A DNA stretch of 63,791 nucleotides, counting the filler, from Chiloscyllium plagiosum (taxonomy: Eukaryota): NCBI RefSeq assembly GCF_004010195.1. It is 4 parts of one record of this genome, joined end to end, with 100 filler letters (N's around TTAATTAATTAA, not from the genome) between each part and the next. Parts side by side here need not be neighbours in the genome. Positions count along the whole stretch, not along the records: positions 47,019 to 58,838 come from NC_057713.1; positions 58,939 to 63,791 come from NC_057713.1; 2 more parts are not named here. One strand, given 5' to 3'. The translations under genes and the position numbers were made by a program. How positions within the stretch are numbered: position 1 is the stretch's first letter; every line of letters starts with the position of its first letter. The notes beneath the pieces are model-generated. The model had not been told where the DNA came from. It searched no databases and worked only from the letters and a program-made list of their open reading frames with translations. This document shows positions 51,576-63,791 of this stretch, piece after piece.

Positions 51576-52439
51576 AATGTCCTTTAGTACTGCTCACAGT
51601 ACTACCATTGGCTATTTAAGCAAACACAATTTTTTAATTGCAAAAACATATTAAATTCATTTTAAAAAATTCACAGCTATGAAAGCTTTCCTTCTACTTT
51701 GGCAGAGAGACCTTAGACTGTGGTCTGTCCCCAATGCATCTTGGCAGCGGCTGCCCCAAGCTTTAGTGTATCCCTTAGCACATAGTTCTGGAGCCTGAAA
51801 TGTGTCAGTTTGCAGCACTTGGTCAATGTTAGCTCTTTGCACTAAAAGACCAATAAGTTTCAGACACACTCGGTCATTCTCCTTTGGAGATGATCGTGAC
51901 AGAAGAGCAATGAAGAAGGCATTCCTGACAGAGAATGACAGAGGAGGCACACAACATTCCAGAAGATATGTAACCTGGCTATAATTTCAAGTGACTAAAT
52001 TCTATTTTATGTTAGATGAGTGGGACTTATATTTATTGGAACAGCATACCATACTTGTTTTATTCTGGAATAGTTTTTAATTACAAGGGATTTATTCAAT
52101 TTGTTAACAGGTTAGATATTTTGTTCACCGTTAGAGTTAGATAAACAAATTGTTACATGCTGATTTTAGAGTGTAAATGATTTGTCTTACTTAACCACTG
52201 GAAGTTGGTGAAAGGCAGGTTAGATAGTTTTTCACACTCTTTTTATAGATTATGGGGGTGAGGTGCTCCTCTTTGGGTGTTTCAGTTTTAATCCTCAGAG
52301 GAGGGTCAACCTCTGCTTTATAACACCTCCCCCTCAGTTGCTTCGAGGGTGTGGTGAAGAGAGAGGATCTGTTGGGTAGTTTCCTTTTCTCCACCACCCA
52401 AGCGATGTCTTGATAGTTGTTACAAAGTTCTGGCAATAA

Positions 52440-53385
52440 GGCATTCTGCCAAATGACTTTGGTAGCCTGCTAGGGAACCCCAACAAGATCAAGCCCCAGG
52501 GTCTCAAGGATGCTACATGCTGATCAAAGGTTCAGAGAATTGTAAAATCACTACAGTCTCGAAGCAGGCCATTCGACCTAACAAATCCACACCTTCTCTC
52601 TGAGAAGCATCCTACCCAGAGTCACCTCCATATTCTGTAACTCTGTATTTCCCATGGCCAATTGAACTAAGCTGCACACCTTTGGACTAAAGGAAACCAG
52701 AGCATCTAGAGGAAACCCATGCACACACAGGGAGAATATGCAAACTCCACACAGACAGTTCATGGGTAGAATTGAACCTGGGTCCGTAGCACTGCAAGGC
52801 AGCAGTGCTAACCACTGGGCTACCATGCTGCCCAGGTATTTTCTTTCACAAATTTTTCCCATGAGGGTCAGATGATGCAGAACTGTCCAAATACACAGAG
52901 CATTCTGTGGCAACAAGACCAGACCTATCCTTCATAACACCGGGGACAGGCAGAACCTCGGTACGTAGTGACACTTGGTGTTTGCGTACTGAGGTCTACG
53001 CACAGCTTGATCCAGTCATACATGAAAGTAGCCATCAGGAAGAGGACAGCATTGGGTGCATTCTTCCTCTCTTTTTCAAGAGTTTTATTTATCATGTCCC
53101 TTTGGATCCAGTTTATCTGCCCAGTTTCTGCCTCACCTTCACGATATGCTCCTTGTTTGGCACACACCCTGGTCTCTCTGAACCACACACTCAGCACCTT
53201 CAGATAATCTGTCATGACAGAGAATTGTATAAAGGATCGATCAGTCCAGTTCCCCATGTCCTCACTCATGCTTCAATTTACTACAGCCCCTAAGACCAGT
53301 TTGAAATGGCTGTAGATGACAACAGATCTGAGCAGAAAATGACAATGTCATCCATGTACAGGTAGGCCTTGACCTGCAATATCCC
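52440..53385 (-). mobile_element. Tx1/L1-group LINE remnant (RT C-terminal part)
   Basis: Encodes VKAYLYMDDI (YMDD at 53358-53347), DYLKVLSVWF, KNAPNAVLFLMATF and KVIWQNA. Confidence 0.7.
52540..52834 (-). mobile_element. HE1-like SINE (old)
   Basis: Reverse copy with A and B boxes near 52770-52825. Confidence 0.8.
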
Positions 53386-53819
53386 AATTGATGGTTAAGT
53401 AGTGGTTTCTAAAGCTTGGTCATGATCTCATTTGTCTCTATTTAGAAATCCAAACAATCCATACACATTATTTATCACCTGACCAACTTCTCTGTCAGAT
53501 TTAAGGATATGCATGTTGGACAGCGAAGTCTTCCTGTTAATTTATACTTTTTAAGATTATGTCATTTTCTGTAACTGTCTTTACATACTATAAGTTTAAA
53601 TTCTTCATAAAGATTCAAAAGAATCAGGAAGCCAAAACTGATTCTTGAATAGACCATTGCTAACCACTTCCCAATCTGATAACATTTACCAGTCAGCCTT
53701 CACTTTCCACGACTGAGCCAATTCCACATGATTATTGCCACTACTCTGTATTTCCACTAATGTTCACTTTTTAAAAATTTATTGCTTTGCTGGCTGGGCC
53801 AAGAATTATTTCCTGTCCC

Positions 53820-55360
53820 TAATTGTTCTTGATTGATTATCAAATGACCCCAAAATTCCTCTGCTCCTCTGAGCTTCCTAATGTCTGTTGGCTTGTCAGG
53901 GTTTAGATTAGATTAGATTAGATTAGATTAGATTAGATTACATTACAGTGTAGAAACAGGCCCTTCGGCCCAACAAGTCCACACCGACCCGCCGAAGCGA
54001 AACCCACCCATACCCCTACATTTACCCCTTACCTAACACTACGGGCAATTTAGCATGGCCAATTCACCTGACCCTGCACATCTTTTGGACTGTGGGAGGA
54101 AACCGGAGCACCCGGAGGAAACCCACGCAGACACGGGGAGAACGTGCAAACTCCACACAGTCAGGTTGAATTCCATCTGCCACTGATCTGCCCAGCTGAC
54201 CATTCTGTGTATTTTCTCATGTAAACTAACACCTTCCTCCTCATTTGCAACCACCTGGCTAATCTTTATGTGTCCTCTGCAACCTTATCCCTCCCACACC
54301 CTTACCTATAGCATTTATTAATATCAGAAACCATAGGCACTGATCCCTGTTGTACATCAATGCACAATACATTCTAGTCACACAGCTTTCTGCCACCACC
54401 CCCTGCTTCCTGTGCATCCAACTAACCAAGTTACGCTGGATCCCAGTAGCTTTTAACTTCTTTAGCTTTTGCATGTGGACTATGGCAAAGACCTTGCTAA
54501 AATCCATATAGACTACATCAACTGCCCTATCCTCATCCAAACATTCTGCAACCTCCTCAAAATATTTCACCAGATTTCTTAGGTTGTCCGCTTTATGACA
54601 AAACCATGTGGACTGTCCTTGATCAAACCTGTCCTTTTTAAATGGTGATTATTTCAGTCCTTCATTATTTTCACCAAAATTTCTCTATCATGATGTTAGA
54701 CTGACTCATCTGCAGTTCCATTGTCTATGTCCACTATCCTTCTTATAAAGTGGAACTCTATTAGCTGTCTTCAGTCCTTTGACACCTCCCATGTGGCCAG
54801 AGGTAATTAGAAATTTGGGTCAGGGCGACTGCAATTTTCCCACTCATCTACCACAACAGCTTGGGATGCATGTCCTGACCTGAAGATCTATCCACCATTA
54901 AATCTGCCAAAACCTCCAATACCACTACACTTTTAATATCGATCTGCTCAAGAACTTCATAGTATGTCTTCCCAAATTCTGCACTTACACCATCCTTCTC
55001 CTGAGTGAAGACAGATGGGAAGTATTCATTTAACATTCTACCATCGTCCTCCCGCTTCACTTGGTCTCTATTTGACCTATTCTTTCTCTGGTTGTTCTCT
55101 TCCCTGACATACATGTAAACTATTTTGAGATTCTCCCTAATCTTACTTGCCACTGTTTTCTGACTCCCCTCTTTGCACTCTTAATTACTTATTTGAATTC
55201 CCCTTGTACTTCCTACACTTCTCTAGGACCTCCATATTTTGTTCCCTTTGTCCCTGTTTTACATCATTCTGATCCTTTTTATCCAGTCCTGAATATTCCT
55301 AGATATCTATGGGTTCTCTCAACTTGTTGCTCTACATTTCAGCCTACAGAGAACATGTTG
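53820..55360 (-). mobile_element. Old CR1 LINE fragment
   Basis: Encodes [24 protein letters not shown] and WQMEFN. Confidence 0.8.
53904..54164 (-). mobile_element. HE1-like SINE, 5'-truncated, long (ATTAG)n tail
   Basis: Body matches the young copies; tRNA head missing. Confidence 0.9.
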
Positions 55361-56059
55361 GGCCTCGAATAATTAACTAACAACTATTTACAACTCCTTC
55401 CTCTACTATCCTTTCCTTTCTCTTCTATAATACTACTCCGATAAAGCCCCCTATTAAGATTTACTGAAAAATTCAAATTTCAAAACCAGCCAGCGGTCAA
55501 ATCTTCTCTTTCTATCTTCCTCTGTAGATTTGCTCTCCAGGTCGGTGTTGGTGTTTTTCTCCGTGCAAACTCCTTTTCTAGACAGGTACCTCTCTAAGTG
55601 TTCTGACTAGCAGCCTACATCTGTTGAGTTTTTGGCAGTTCTCAATAATTTCTATAATAATTGCTGTACATTTACCCTCAGGTAGCTGTTCTCAGTTTAT
55701 TTTGGCTAGATCCTGCCTTATTTTAATAAAATCTATCATTACCCCAATCCAATATCTATTTTACAAATCATGTTTCACAGTTTCTAAAACAAACTTAAAA
55801 CATATGGTCTGTTTGTTATCACTAAAAGGTTCCCCCACTGTCACCTTGAATACCTATTCAGATTCATACCATGGAATTGGTACCGGAACTGCACTGTCCC
55901 CTGTAGAACTATCTATCTGTTGACATAAAATGCTCTCCTGAACGCACTTCAAGAAACTTGCCCACTCTAAATCCTTTATAATTTATTGTCCCAATTAATA
56001 GTAGGGTAGTTGAATTAACCACATTATTATTTTTACATGCCTTACTGAATTGACTGCTA

Positions 56060-56345
56060 ATACAACTGAATGGCTTTCTAGGCAATTTCAGAGGACAATT
56101 AAGAGACAACCACATTGTGTGGCTCTGGAGTCACATGTAGGCCAGATAAAGCCAGCAGTCTCCTTCCTGAAAGGAGTGTCCTTTCTGGAAATTAACAATG
56201 GTTTCATAGTTATCATCAGACTTAATTCCAGATTTTTTATTGAATTCAAATTCCAGTATTTGCTGTGGTGGGATTCAAACTCAGGTCCCCAGAACATTAT
56301 CTATGTTTTTGACATCAGAAATTAAGACCATAAGGCTATTACCAT
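56060..56345 (-). mobile_element. Second tRNA-derived SINE family
   Basis: Minus-strand B-box-like GAGTTTGAATCCCACC followed by GGAATTTGAATTCAATAAAAAATCTGGAATT. Related pieces at about 925-1015 (+) and 17160-17290 (-). Confidence 0.65.
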
Positions 56346-57019
56346 CCCTTTCTTAATAAAGATCAAATACTTTCTAAAAATCTATATATTTGATACCTAC
56401 TACCTTAATCAATCTCTCTAACACAGCAAATAAGGTTAGGAGGTAATGGTTTTGAATATATTTCTCTTCACTACTGTTAGGTTTACCAGCTAAATCTCTT
56501 GATTAATCAACTTCCCTTTCTTGATTACTGGCATGACATTGCCAGTGTTCTTGTCCTTCAACATAACACCAGTATCCAATAAGGATTGTAAGACTGTGAC
56601 CTCTGTTTGTTACTCTTGCTATTTCCAGAACCTAGCATACATAAATAACTTATCAACTTCCAGTAATGCAAATACTTTCGATAAACCTGCTCAATCTTCT
56701 ACCCAGTCCTGAACTCCCATCTTCTCATTTCATCTAACCTTCTTGTCATCCATTCCCTTTGTAACTACGGATGTAATGTGCCCATTTGATACTTTTCCCA
56801 TTATCTTTGTTGAAAGATGAAGATTTCACTTTTAGTTCAACTTGCTTCCTAAATAAGCTCTCATTCTGGACAAAGCCAAGCTGAATAGATTCAGGAAACA
56901 GATACAGGGATACACAATTAACACATGCAGCTTTCCTCTAATGCAGGAAACACATAATTCTCTTGCTGCTACCTCATTAGGATGACCACAGGATATTACC
57001 AGAGCTAAATTTCAGCCTG

Positions 57020-57325
57020 GGCGGCACGGGGGCACAGTGTTTAGCACTGTTGCCTCACAGCGCCAAAGACCCGGGTTCAGTTCCCACCTCAGGCGACTGA
57101 CTGTGTGGAGTTTGCACGTTCTCCCCGTGTCTGCGTGGGTTGCCTCCGGGTGCTCCGGTTTCCTCCCACAGTCCAAAGATGTGCAGGTAAGGTGAATTGG
57201 CCATGCTAAATTGCCTGTAGTGTTAGGTAAGGGGTAAATGTAGGGGTGGGTTGTGCTTCGGTGGGTCGGCGTGGACTTGTTGGGCTGAAGGGCCTGTTTC
57301 CACGCTGTAACGTAATGTAATGTAA
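57020..57325 (+). mobile_element. HE1-like SINE
   Basis: Full-length with (TAATG)n tail. Confidence 0.9.
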
Positions 57326-58361
57326 ATATTACATTGCCTCAGCAGAGGACCCAGGTTTGTACCACTTAAAGGCAGTTTTCCTTACTTCAAACCAGGCTGC
57401 ACCTCTTAAAAGAGATGGTGCATTCTGGCTGCAGTGGGAAGAATCTCCAAACAGGAAGTACACTGAATAGTAGGAAAAGATATCACAGAATGTCTTTCAA
57501 GATTTCCTGTAGCCTTTGAGCAGAATATGGACAGGAGGAAAGAGGTCATCTACCCCAGGATAAGAGGCCTTCCAGACAGACAATGAGAAGACACAGAAAA
57601 GAGAAACACAGAAAATAGTAGCAAAAGTAGGCTATTTGGCTCTTTGAGTCTGCTCTGTCATTCAAAATGATCACGGCTAATCTTCAATCTCAATATCATA
57701 TTCACCAAAATCAAAAAAAGTTATCTCTTCCTTGAATATTTTTACTTATTTGGCCACTAAATTTGCTTCTCTAATTTCCTGTTTAATGTCTTCCCCAACG
57801 TTACCACGACTGTTTGGGGGTTTATATACAAACTTCCCTATCATAATCTACCCTTTAGTATTTCTAAGCTCTACTAGGTATTACTTCATTACAGCCAATA
57901 ACCTTCCTCACAAGCGTATTAATTTCCTCTTTGACCAGCAAAGCCAAGCTACCTCCTTTTTATTTTTGTCTGTTGTTTATAAAAACTGAATACTTCTGAA
58001 TATTCAGTTACCATCCCTGGCCCACTATGCAGATACATCTCCAAATTTCAACTGTTCATAAATCTATTTCTTTAACTAATTCATCTACTTCATTATGAAG
58101 ACTTTGCATATTAACACTTCAGGCGTTAAGACTTGTCTTTTTACGTTCTTGGTCCCAATCACATTATTTTATATCACAGTCCTATTTGATTCTTGCCCTT
58201 GAATTCTCTGTCTTTCACTTTACCCATTTTCCAATCTGTCTTTTGTTTCTACCTTTGTATCCCTCTTTTCAGTCTCCTTGTATAGGTTCCTAAGCATGAT
58301 TTGTTTTTCAAAATCCCATGCTGGTCTTATCCAATCCTTTAATGCTTTTCAAATGTTCTGT

Positions 58362-58648
58362 TCATAGAATCATAGAATTCCTACAGTGTGGAAATCGGTC
58401 CTTCGGCCCAACAAGTCCACACCAACCCTCTGAAGAGTAACCCACCCATTCCCCTACCCTATTATCATATATTTACCCCTGACTAATGCACCTAACCTAC
58501 ACATCCCTGAACACTATGGACAATTCAGCAGGGCCAATTCACCTAACCTGCACATCTTTGGGCTGTGGAAGAAAATGAGCACCTGGAGGAAACCCACGTA
58601 GAGAGTTGTCCAAGCCTCGAATCGAACCCGGGTCTCTGACGTTGCTAA
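58362..58648 (-). mobile_element. HE1-like SINE
   Basis: Reverse copy with degenerate head. Confidence 0.82.
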
Positions 58649-58649
58649 T

Positions 58650-58838
58650 CATAGAACATAGAACATAGAAGAATACAGCGCAGTACAGGCCCTTTGGCCC
58701 TCGATGTTGCGCCGATCCAAGCCCACCTAACCTACACTAGCCCACTATCCTCCATATGCCTATCCAATGCCCGCTTAAATGCCCTTAAAGAGGGAGAGTC
58801 CACCACTGCTACTGACAGGGCATTCCATGAACTCACGA
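58650..58838 (-). mobile_element. CR1 3' end running into the gap
   Basis: (CATAGAA)n tail followed by CAGGCCCTTTGGCCC; similar to 13503-13680. Confidence 0.85.
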
Positions 58839-58938
58839 NNNNNNNNNNNNNNNNNNNNNNNNNNNNNNNNNNNNNNNNNNNNTTAATTAATTAANNNNNN
58901 NNNNNNNNNNNNNNNNNNNNNNNNNNNNNNNNNNNNNN
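58839..58938. other. Assembly gap with artificial linker
   Basis: 44 N + TTAATTAATTAA + 44 N. Confidence 0.97.
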
Positions 58939-60714
58939 GGGGGTGTACATTTCATGCATGAGTATTTCATGGATTAAATCATTAGCTGCTTCCTTTTGAA
59001 GTGAGAGGTTGGTAGTGCTGGAGTGAAAACCCAAAGTGTGCAGATTAGACCTGGTAAAAGCAGGTGGATTATTTGGATCACCAGGATATTCCTTTGGATA
59101 GGTGGGGTACTCTTTTATCTAATCCTGCAGCACACTTGGAGGGGGTTGGGGGGGGGGGGTGGTTGTTCAGACACACTTTTGAATTGTTACAAGTGAGCAT
59201 AGATGCATTTAAAACATGCGTAAACTCGTTGCTGCTGAGCTGATTGGAACGGTCGACAAATCTGTCGAAATTAACTGTCAAAGCTATTGGAAGCACCCGA
59301 CAAAGAGCCACTTAAAGGAACCGGTGAGAAGTGTCAAGCGGCTCTGTTAAAAGTTCCAGAGCTGGCATGAGCTTGCATGGATGGTGCACTGGGGGAATGT
59401 GTGGGTGTTGAGTGTGGGCCTGTTTGTTTTGTTTTCTTCCAGATTGTTCCATTTTTGAACTGATCTTCAACACAATGCCTTATTACCGAAGCTAGCTTCT
59501 CACTCAGCCCACACTTGCATTTCGGGATTCCCTAAGCTAGCTGTCTGAGGAACATTGCCAGCCTCAAAAATGTAAATATGACTTTATGGACTGCATTTTC
59601 TCTGGTCAGGCAGAACTGGGAGTTGTCCAGACTTGATCACGACATATGAGTCAAAATCCAGGCCTGCTTATAGCTCCAACTAAAAAGACTCAAAGAGAAT
59701 AACCCAATTAAACTGTTAACTGAGTCTGATTAATGAGTTAAGGTCATATTTGAATTCTCTGAGATTGGCATTCTATATCTATGAAGCTAAAAAAAAGATA
59801 CATTTTTATTAAGAGTTTCAATCTCTCTCCCAATCCATATCCAAAACCCTGATGTGAAAACTCTGCTCACATTTTGACAGCTATGACAAATGCCAAAAAA
59901 CAAAGTTGAGTCCACAGCATGATGGATCAATTATTAACCTTACAAATAAAACAACTCTCATCATTCTTCAGATTAAAAATAAAATGTAAATTTGCTTAAT
60001 CTCCCTGATGTTACATCTTGCAAAAAAGTATTCGATTCCTCCTTGGAACCATATCTGTTACTAAGTTTCATTGAAAGCCACCTTAATTTTTGAGATAGTG
60101 ATTTACAGAACAGGCAAACACATCAACTGACCCCACCTTTTAGTGAAAAAGGTAATTGAGAACATTTATGAAAAAGCAAATGGTTGAAATAATGAAATCA
60201 ATTGAGGTCTTCTAAAAACTGGTGCATTTGTATTATTGAATCTAGTTGTTCATCTGAACCTGATTTTGTTTTTTACTAGATTATAAATGAAAATAAGTTT
60301 CCAGCTTCAGTATGAAGCTTCAGTTAAAAAAAAATCTGAGAAAGCATACCATATGAATCAATGTCTGGATCATGCTGTGTTAACAAATTACTAATGATTA
60401 TCTTAGGCACTTACACCTCTTAAATTGTACTGAAATATGTGATTGCAAATTGATTTCCTTGGATATAGTGTTTGAACTGGATACTTAAAACTCAAACATT
60501 ATAATCTGGTAACGCGATTGCACTCATAGTCTGCGCGTTGGTGCTGGCACAATTTCAGCTGCAATTGTTACTGTTTCTCAGATGTAGCTTCTCTTACTTG
60601 CATTTGTTATTATTTGACTTAACCATCAAATTTTGCCACATCTGTCATCTGATCGCTATCCTAACCAGTAGAAGAAATTGCATCTTCTGGCATAATCTGG
60701 GGGTGCAGTGTTAG

Positions 60715-60912
60715 ACTGCAGAGGCCTGAAGGTTCAAGGTGCTATCTTTCAGATGTGAAGTTAGATCACATCTAGTTCCGATCTGTTTCAGAGAAACATC
60801 AGTACCATGTCACTGACGGAAAAAGGATAGAAGGTTATCCCAGTGTCTTCATGAGTGGTACCATTATCTTGTTTGCAGTTTCTGGGATCGAGCTTTGTGC
60901 AGGTGGCTGCTT
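60715..60912 (+). mobile_element. Possible Deu-domain SINE relic
   Basis: GGTGCTATCTTTCAGATG...CCATGTCACT...TTATCCCAGTGTC...CATTATC...GTTT.TGGGA...TGTGCA..TGGCTGC resembles the Deu domain as I recall it. Confidence 0.45.
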
Positions 60913-62435
60913 TGATTTGGAAAGTAATAAAATTGTTGCAAAGAACCTTGGTGAGGAAGTGGTAAGATAACATACAAACTTTCGATTTAAAGTTTAAAAT
61001 TTTGATCTGTCAAGAATTCGCTTCATCATTGGGGAAATGTAGGAATTACAGCTGTCAATTTAACTTGATTGAAGATTGCAATAGAGTATGGTTGAAAAAT
61101 TAACCAGGAAAATCTAACTGGTATGTCATTTATTTTGAAGTTGCTGTGTGAGTAAATTTTAATCATGTGGTAACTTATGAATGAATTCCTTGCCAAAAAC
61201 TAAAATACATTGGTGGATTTATGAAAAGGATAAGAAGTCTCATAATTGATCATTTGTAATTTATTTGTCACTTTTGTATATAAGATTGCAGGATATTTTA
61301 AGCCAAAAGAGGCCATCATTAATACACTGTCATATGAATTTGTTACTGTCATCTTGTTTGCCGTACAGTACACCATGTAAAAAGAACTTAATTTGCTATT
61401 CCAGTAATGAGTTGTCTGAGAGGAAGGGAAAAGTTCATCGATTTATATCATCTGATCCAGATTATTGAATAGAGGGAATTGGTCTGACCTTGAAAATTAA
61501 TCTTTTCTTCGCTTGAACATTGTTCTCGCCTGTCCTGACCGTAACACATCAAGAGTTTAGTCTACAGTGACTGCTCCAAGTGAACAAACAGTACAATATA
61601 TAACATTCTTTTGCTTGCAGAAATGTGAAAAGTGGGAAATTGCTTCATGTCAAGAATGTCCATTTTAGCTTCCAATAAAATCCATTCACTGGAAATATTG
61701 TCTATCAAAATGGACATTGTCAGTTTCTGTTCTGAAAATTTAGAGCATTTTCAGATTGATTTTTCTTTCAAAATGTCAACTGATGTTTTGAAAGGGTAAT
61801 CACATGACCATCATTTATGTCTACAAGATAACCCTTGAAGGCAATTCTTTGTATTCTGAATTGGAACGTTGACCTTTTCATTGCATTAGCTCTTATTTCA
61901 CCAGTGCCATTCTTACAAACTCTGCAGCAACCACACTGGAAATAATTCCCAGTGACTGCTGCCATTACTTTTATGATCAGAGGTCCTCGTGATCTCATGC
62001 ATAAATTAATAATGCAGTTTTTCATTAATTAGTTTGGCTACAAAGCAGAACACTATGCAGTATTATTTGTAATTGGCTCTGACTGGAGTTCTAGAAATGG
62101 AAAATAGATGTTTTAAAATAAAAGCAGTCACTCTGCTTCCAATTAAAATGAATGGAAAGGTGAAGTGCAATAATCTATGCTGTCCACAAAGGAAATTGAT
62201 GTCAAAATTCTGACTCCTCTGCTGTTCAGTCAGAGGGCTTTGTGAGGCCCCACTTATAGCATATTCTTATTCTTCAGGACACAGTCTGATTCTTTAGGAG
62301 TTCAGGTCACAGGATTGATTCAAGAGTAATATGGTGCAGTCTTCCTGCTGGAAACTTGTGTGGGTCTTATTTTCTCTCTCACTTCTGACCCACTTTGTTT
62401 CCTCCACCTCCTTCCCAATCCCTCAAACTTCATGT

Positions 62436-62545
62436 TTCATTGAAGAAAAGTCATGCCAGACTTGAAATACTAATTCTGTTTCTCTCCATTTAAGTTGCCA
62501 AACATGCTGGGTGTCTCCAGCATTGTGCATTTGTTTCATGTCTCT
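62436..62545 (+). mobile_element. Very old Penelope-like pLTR fragment
   Basis: TTGAAGA-AAAGTC-ATGCCA-GACTT-GAAA, followed by TCTGTTTCTCTCCA...TGCTG...TCCAGCATT. Confidence 0.5.
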
Positions 62546-63589
62546 TTATTTCTGCTTGAAAATAATGCAGAGGTTTCTGATCGTCTGATTATGAACTGGA
62601 AAGTCCCATCTAATGAGAGCAAATTAGATAGAACCAGCTATTGTAGCCTGCATTTGTATGAGTGGCAGTTCACTTAAACTCCATTGAAGCTAATAGGGTT
62701 ATCACTAAAATTTAACAGCCCACTTGCTGAACTACCAGCTTATAGTAGTATCATTGGTTAACTTGCAGTTGTCTAATTAAGACCTTAGAGCTCGTATTGG
62801 ACATTCTTTCAGCTGTAGGAAAGTCTTTTGTAGAGACAAATAAATGAAAATCTATCGCAGCATATTAATCACACAGTGATTAGTTTTACTTGTTCTTTGC
62901 AAAATTCTCCTATTTTGTACCATTTTAAAAAGATGATATTACACAGTGATATCAATAGGTCCAATCAATTAATTTTTATTTATAAACTTTATTCTTTGTT
63001 TTTAATTTGGAGTAGTAGAGTTAAATATTCTCTTTCTGTTTAGTTATTGGAATAATACAGTAAACTACATGGTCCCAGTCTGGGCAATGTTGCTAATTGG
63101 CATTATTGAAACAATAACATGAAGATCTTGCAAAGTGATGTTGATATAAGACCAGCCTTGCAGCCAGCTTGCAGAGGGAGATTTTCACTGACCGTGTTTT
63201 CAGGATGGATGGTGCGCCAGCTGCAGTCTTCATTGCAGTTCCCAGATGATTTGATTAACATTTGCTTGGGAGGCTGCCTAGTTCATGGGAACCCAATTTT
63301 CCTGAAGAATTGTGTGTACTCCTCCTGTTGCATATCTAAAGCCTGACTGCGTAGCTCAGAGGGAGGTTACCTTCACATTATTGAAAATATGTTAGAACAA
63401 GCTTCTAGATTCTTGGACACGTGCATGGAGGTGGCACTGGAGGTTGTGAGGTTACTGAGGGATGTCTTTCTTTTTTAAATTGCCTGATGCAAAACACATC
63501 TTGCACAGTTCTGGGGAAAAGTAGGAGTGTTGGTGAACCCACGAAGTATCACCATCTAGACCTACGTTCAAGGTCGGCAACTTAATCAA

Positions 63590-63791
63590 TGTCTTGAAAT
63601 GCATAAGGGTGAATAAATCCCCAGGACTTGATCACGTGTACCCTAACTCTGTGGGAAGCTAGAGAAGTGATTATTGGGCCTCTTGCTGAGATATTTGTAT
63701 CATCGATAGTCACAGGTGAGGTGCCGGAAGACTGGAGGTTGGCTAACGTGGTGCCACTGTTTAAGAAGGGTGGTAAGGACAAGTCAGGGAA
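63590..63791 (+). mobile_element. CR1 LINE RT-region fragment, continuing past the window end
   Basis: Encodes KSPGLD, LWEAREVI and GEVPEDWRLANVVPLFKKGGKDKSG. Confidence 0.88.

Noticed and set aside
53904..53945. (ATTAG)n array as telomere-like or CRISPR-like repeat
   Set aside because: It is the tail of a reverse-oriented SINE; there are no spacers and it is not TTAGGG.
63041..63120. Possible next LYN exon (polypyrimidine-TAG followed by YWNNT, resembling GYYNNSTK)
   Set aside because: The required phase-1 frame stops at once (ATA CAG TAA), and the YWNNT frame lacks KVAVKTLKPG. Coincidence.
63119..63346. 75-aa ORF in slightly GC-richer sequence
   Set aside because: No recognisable motif or splice context; probably an unclassified repeat fragment.

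Overview
Vertebrate genomic DNA, most likely a shark (inferred from HE1-type SINEs and CR1/HER1-type LINEs). The only host gene I can support is the 5' half of LYN (Src-family kinase) on the + strand. It has seven coding exons: 10662-10781, 12580-12634, 12733-12832, 32268-32366, 32446-32549, 36590-36739 and 43510-43662. They splice in frame to 260 codons covering the unique, SH3 and SH2 domains and the start of the kinase domain. The remaining kinase exons are not visible. Most of the intronic sequence is decayed retroelements: many CR1 fragments, about 14 HE1 SINEs, a Rex1-like LINE, Tx1-like fragments and a solo LTR. A 6.2 kb two-LTR Gypsy-type element has the unusual PR-INT-RT-RH order (Gmr1-like). 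The most interesting non-coding signal is a dispersed set of short Penelope-derived insertions. They carry minimal hammerhead-ribozyme motifs (CTGA[T/A]GA...GAAACGTC); several are long fold-back palindromes and several have 12-17 bp target-site duplications. The LynA/LynB alternative 5' splice donor appears conserved. Three 100-bp gaps (44 N, TTAATTAATTAA, 44 N) are assembly artefacts. Repeat boundaries are approximate and were read by eye; no database searches were run.
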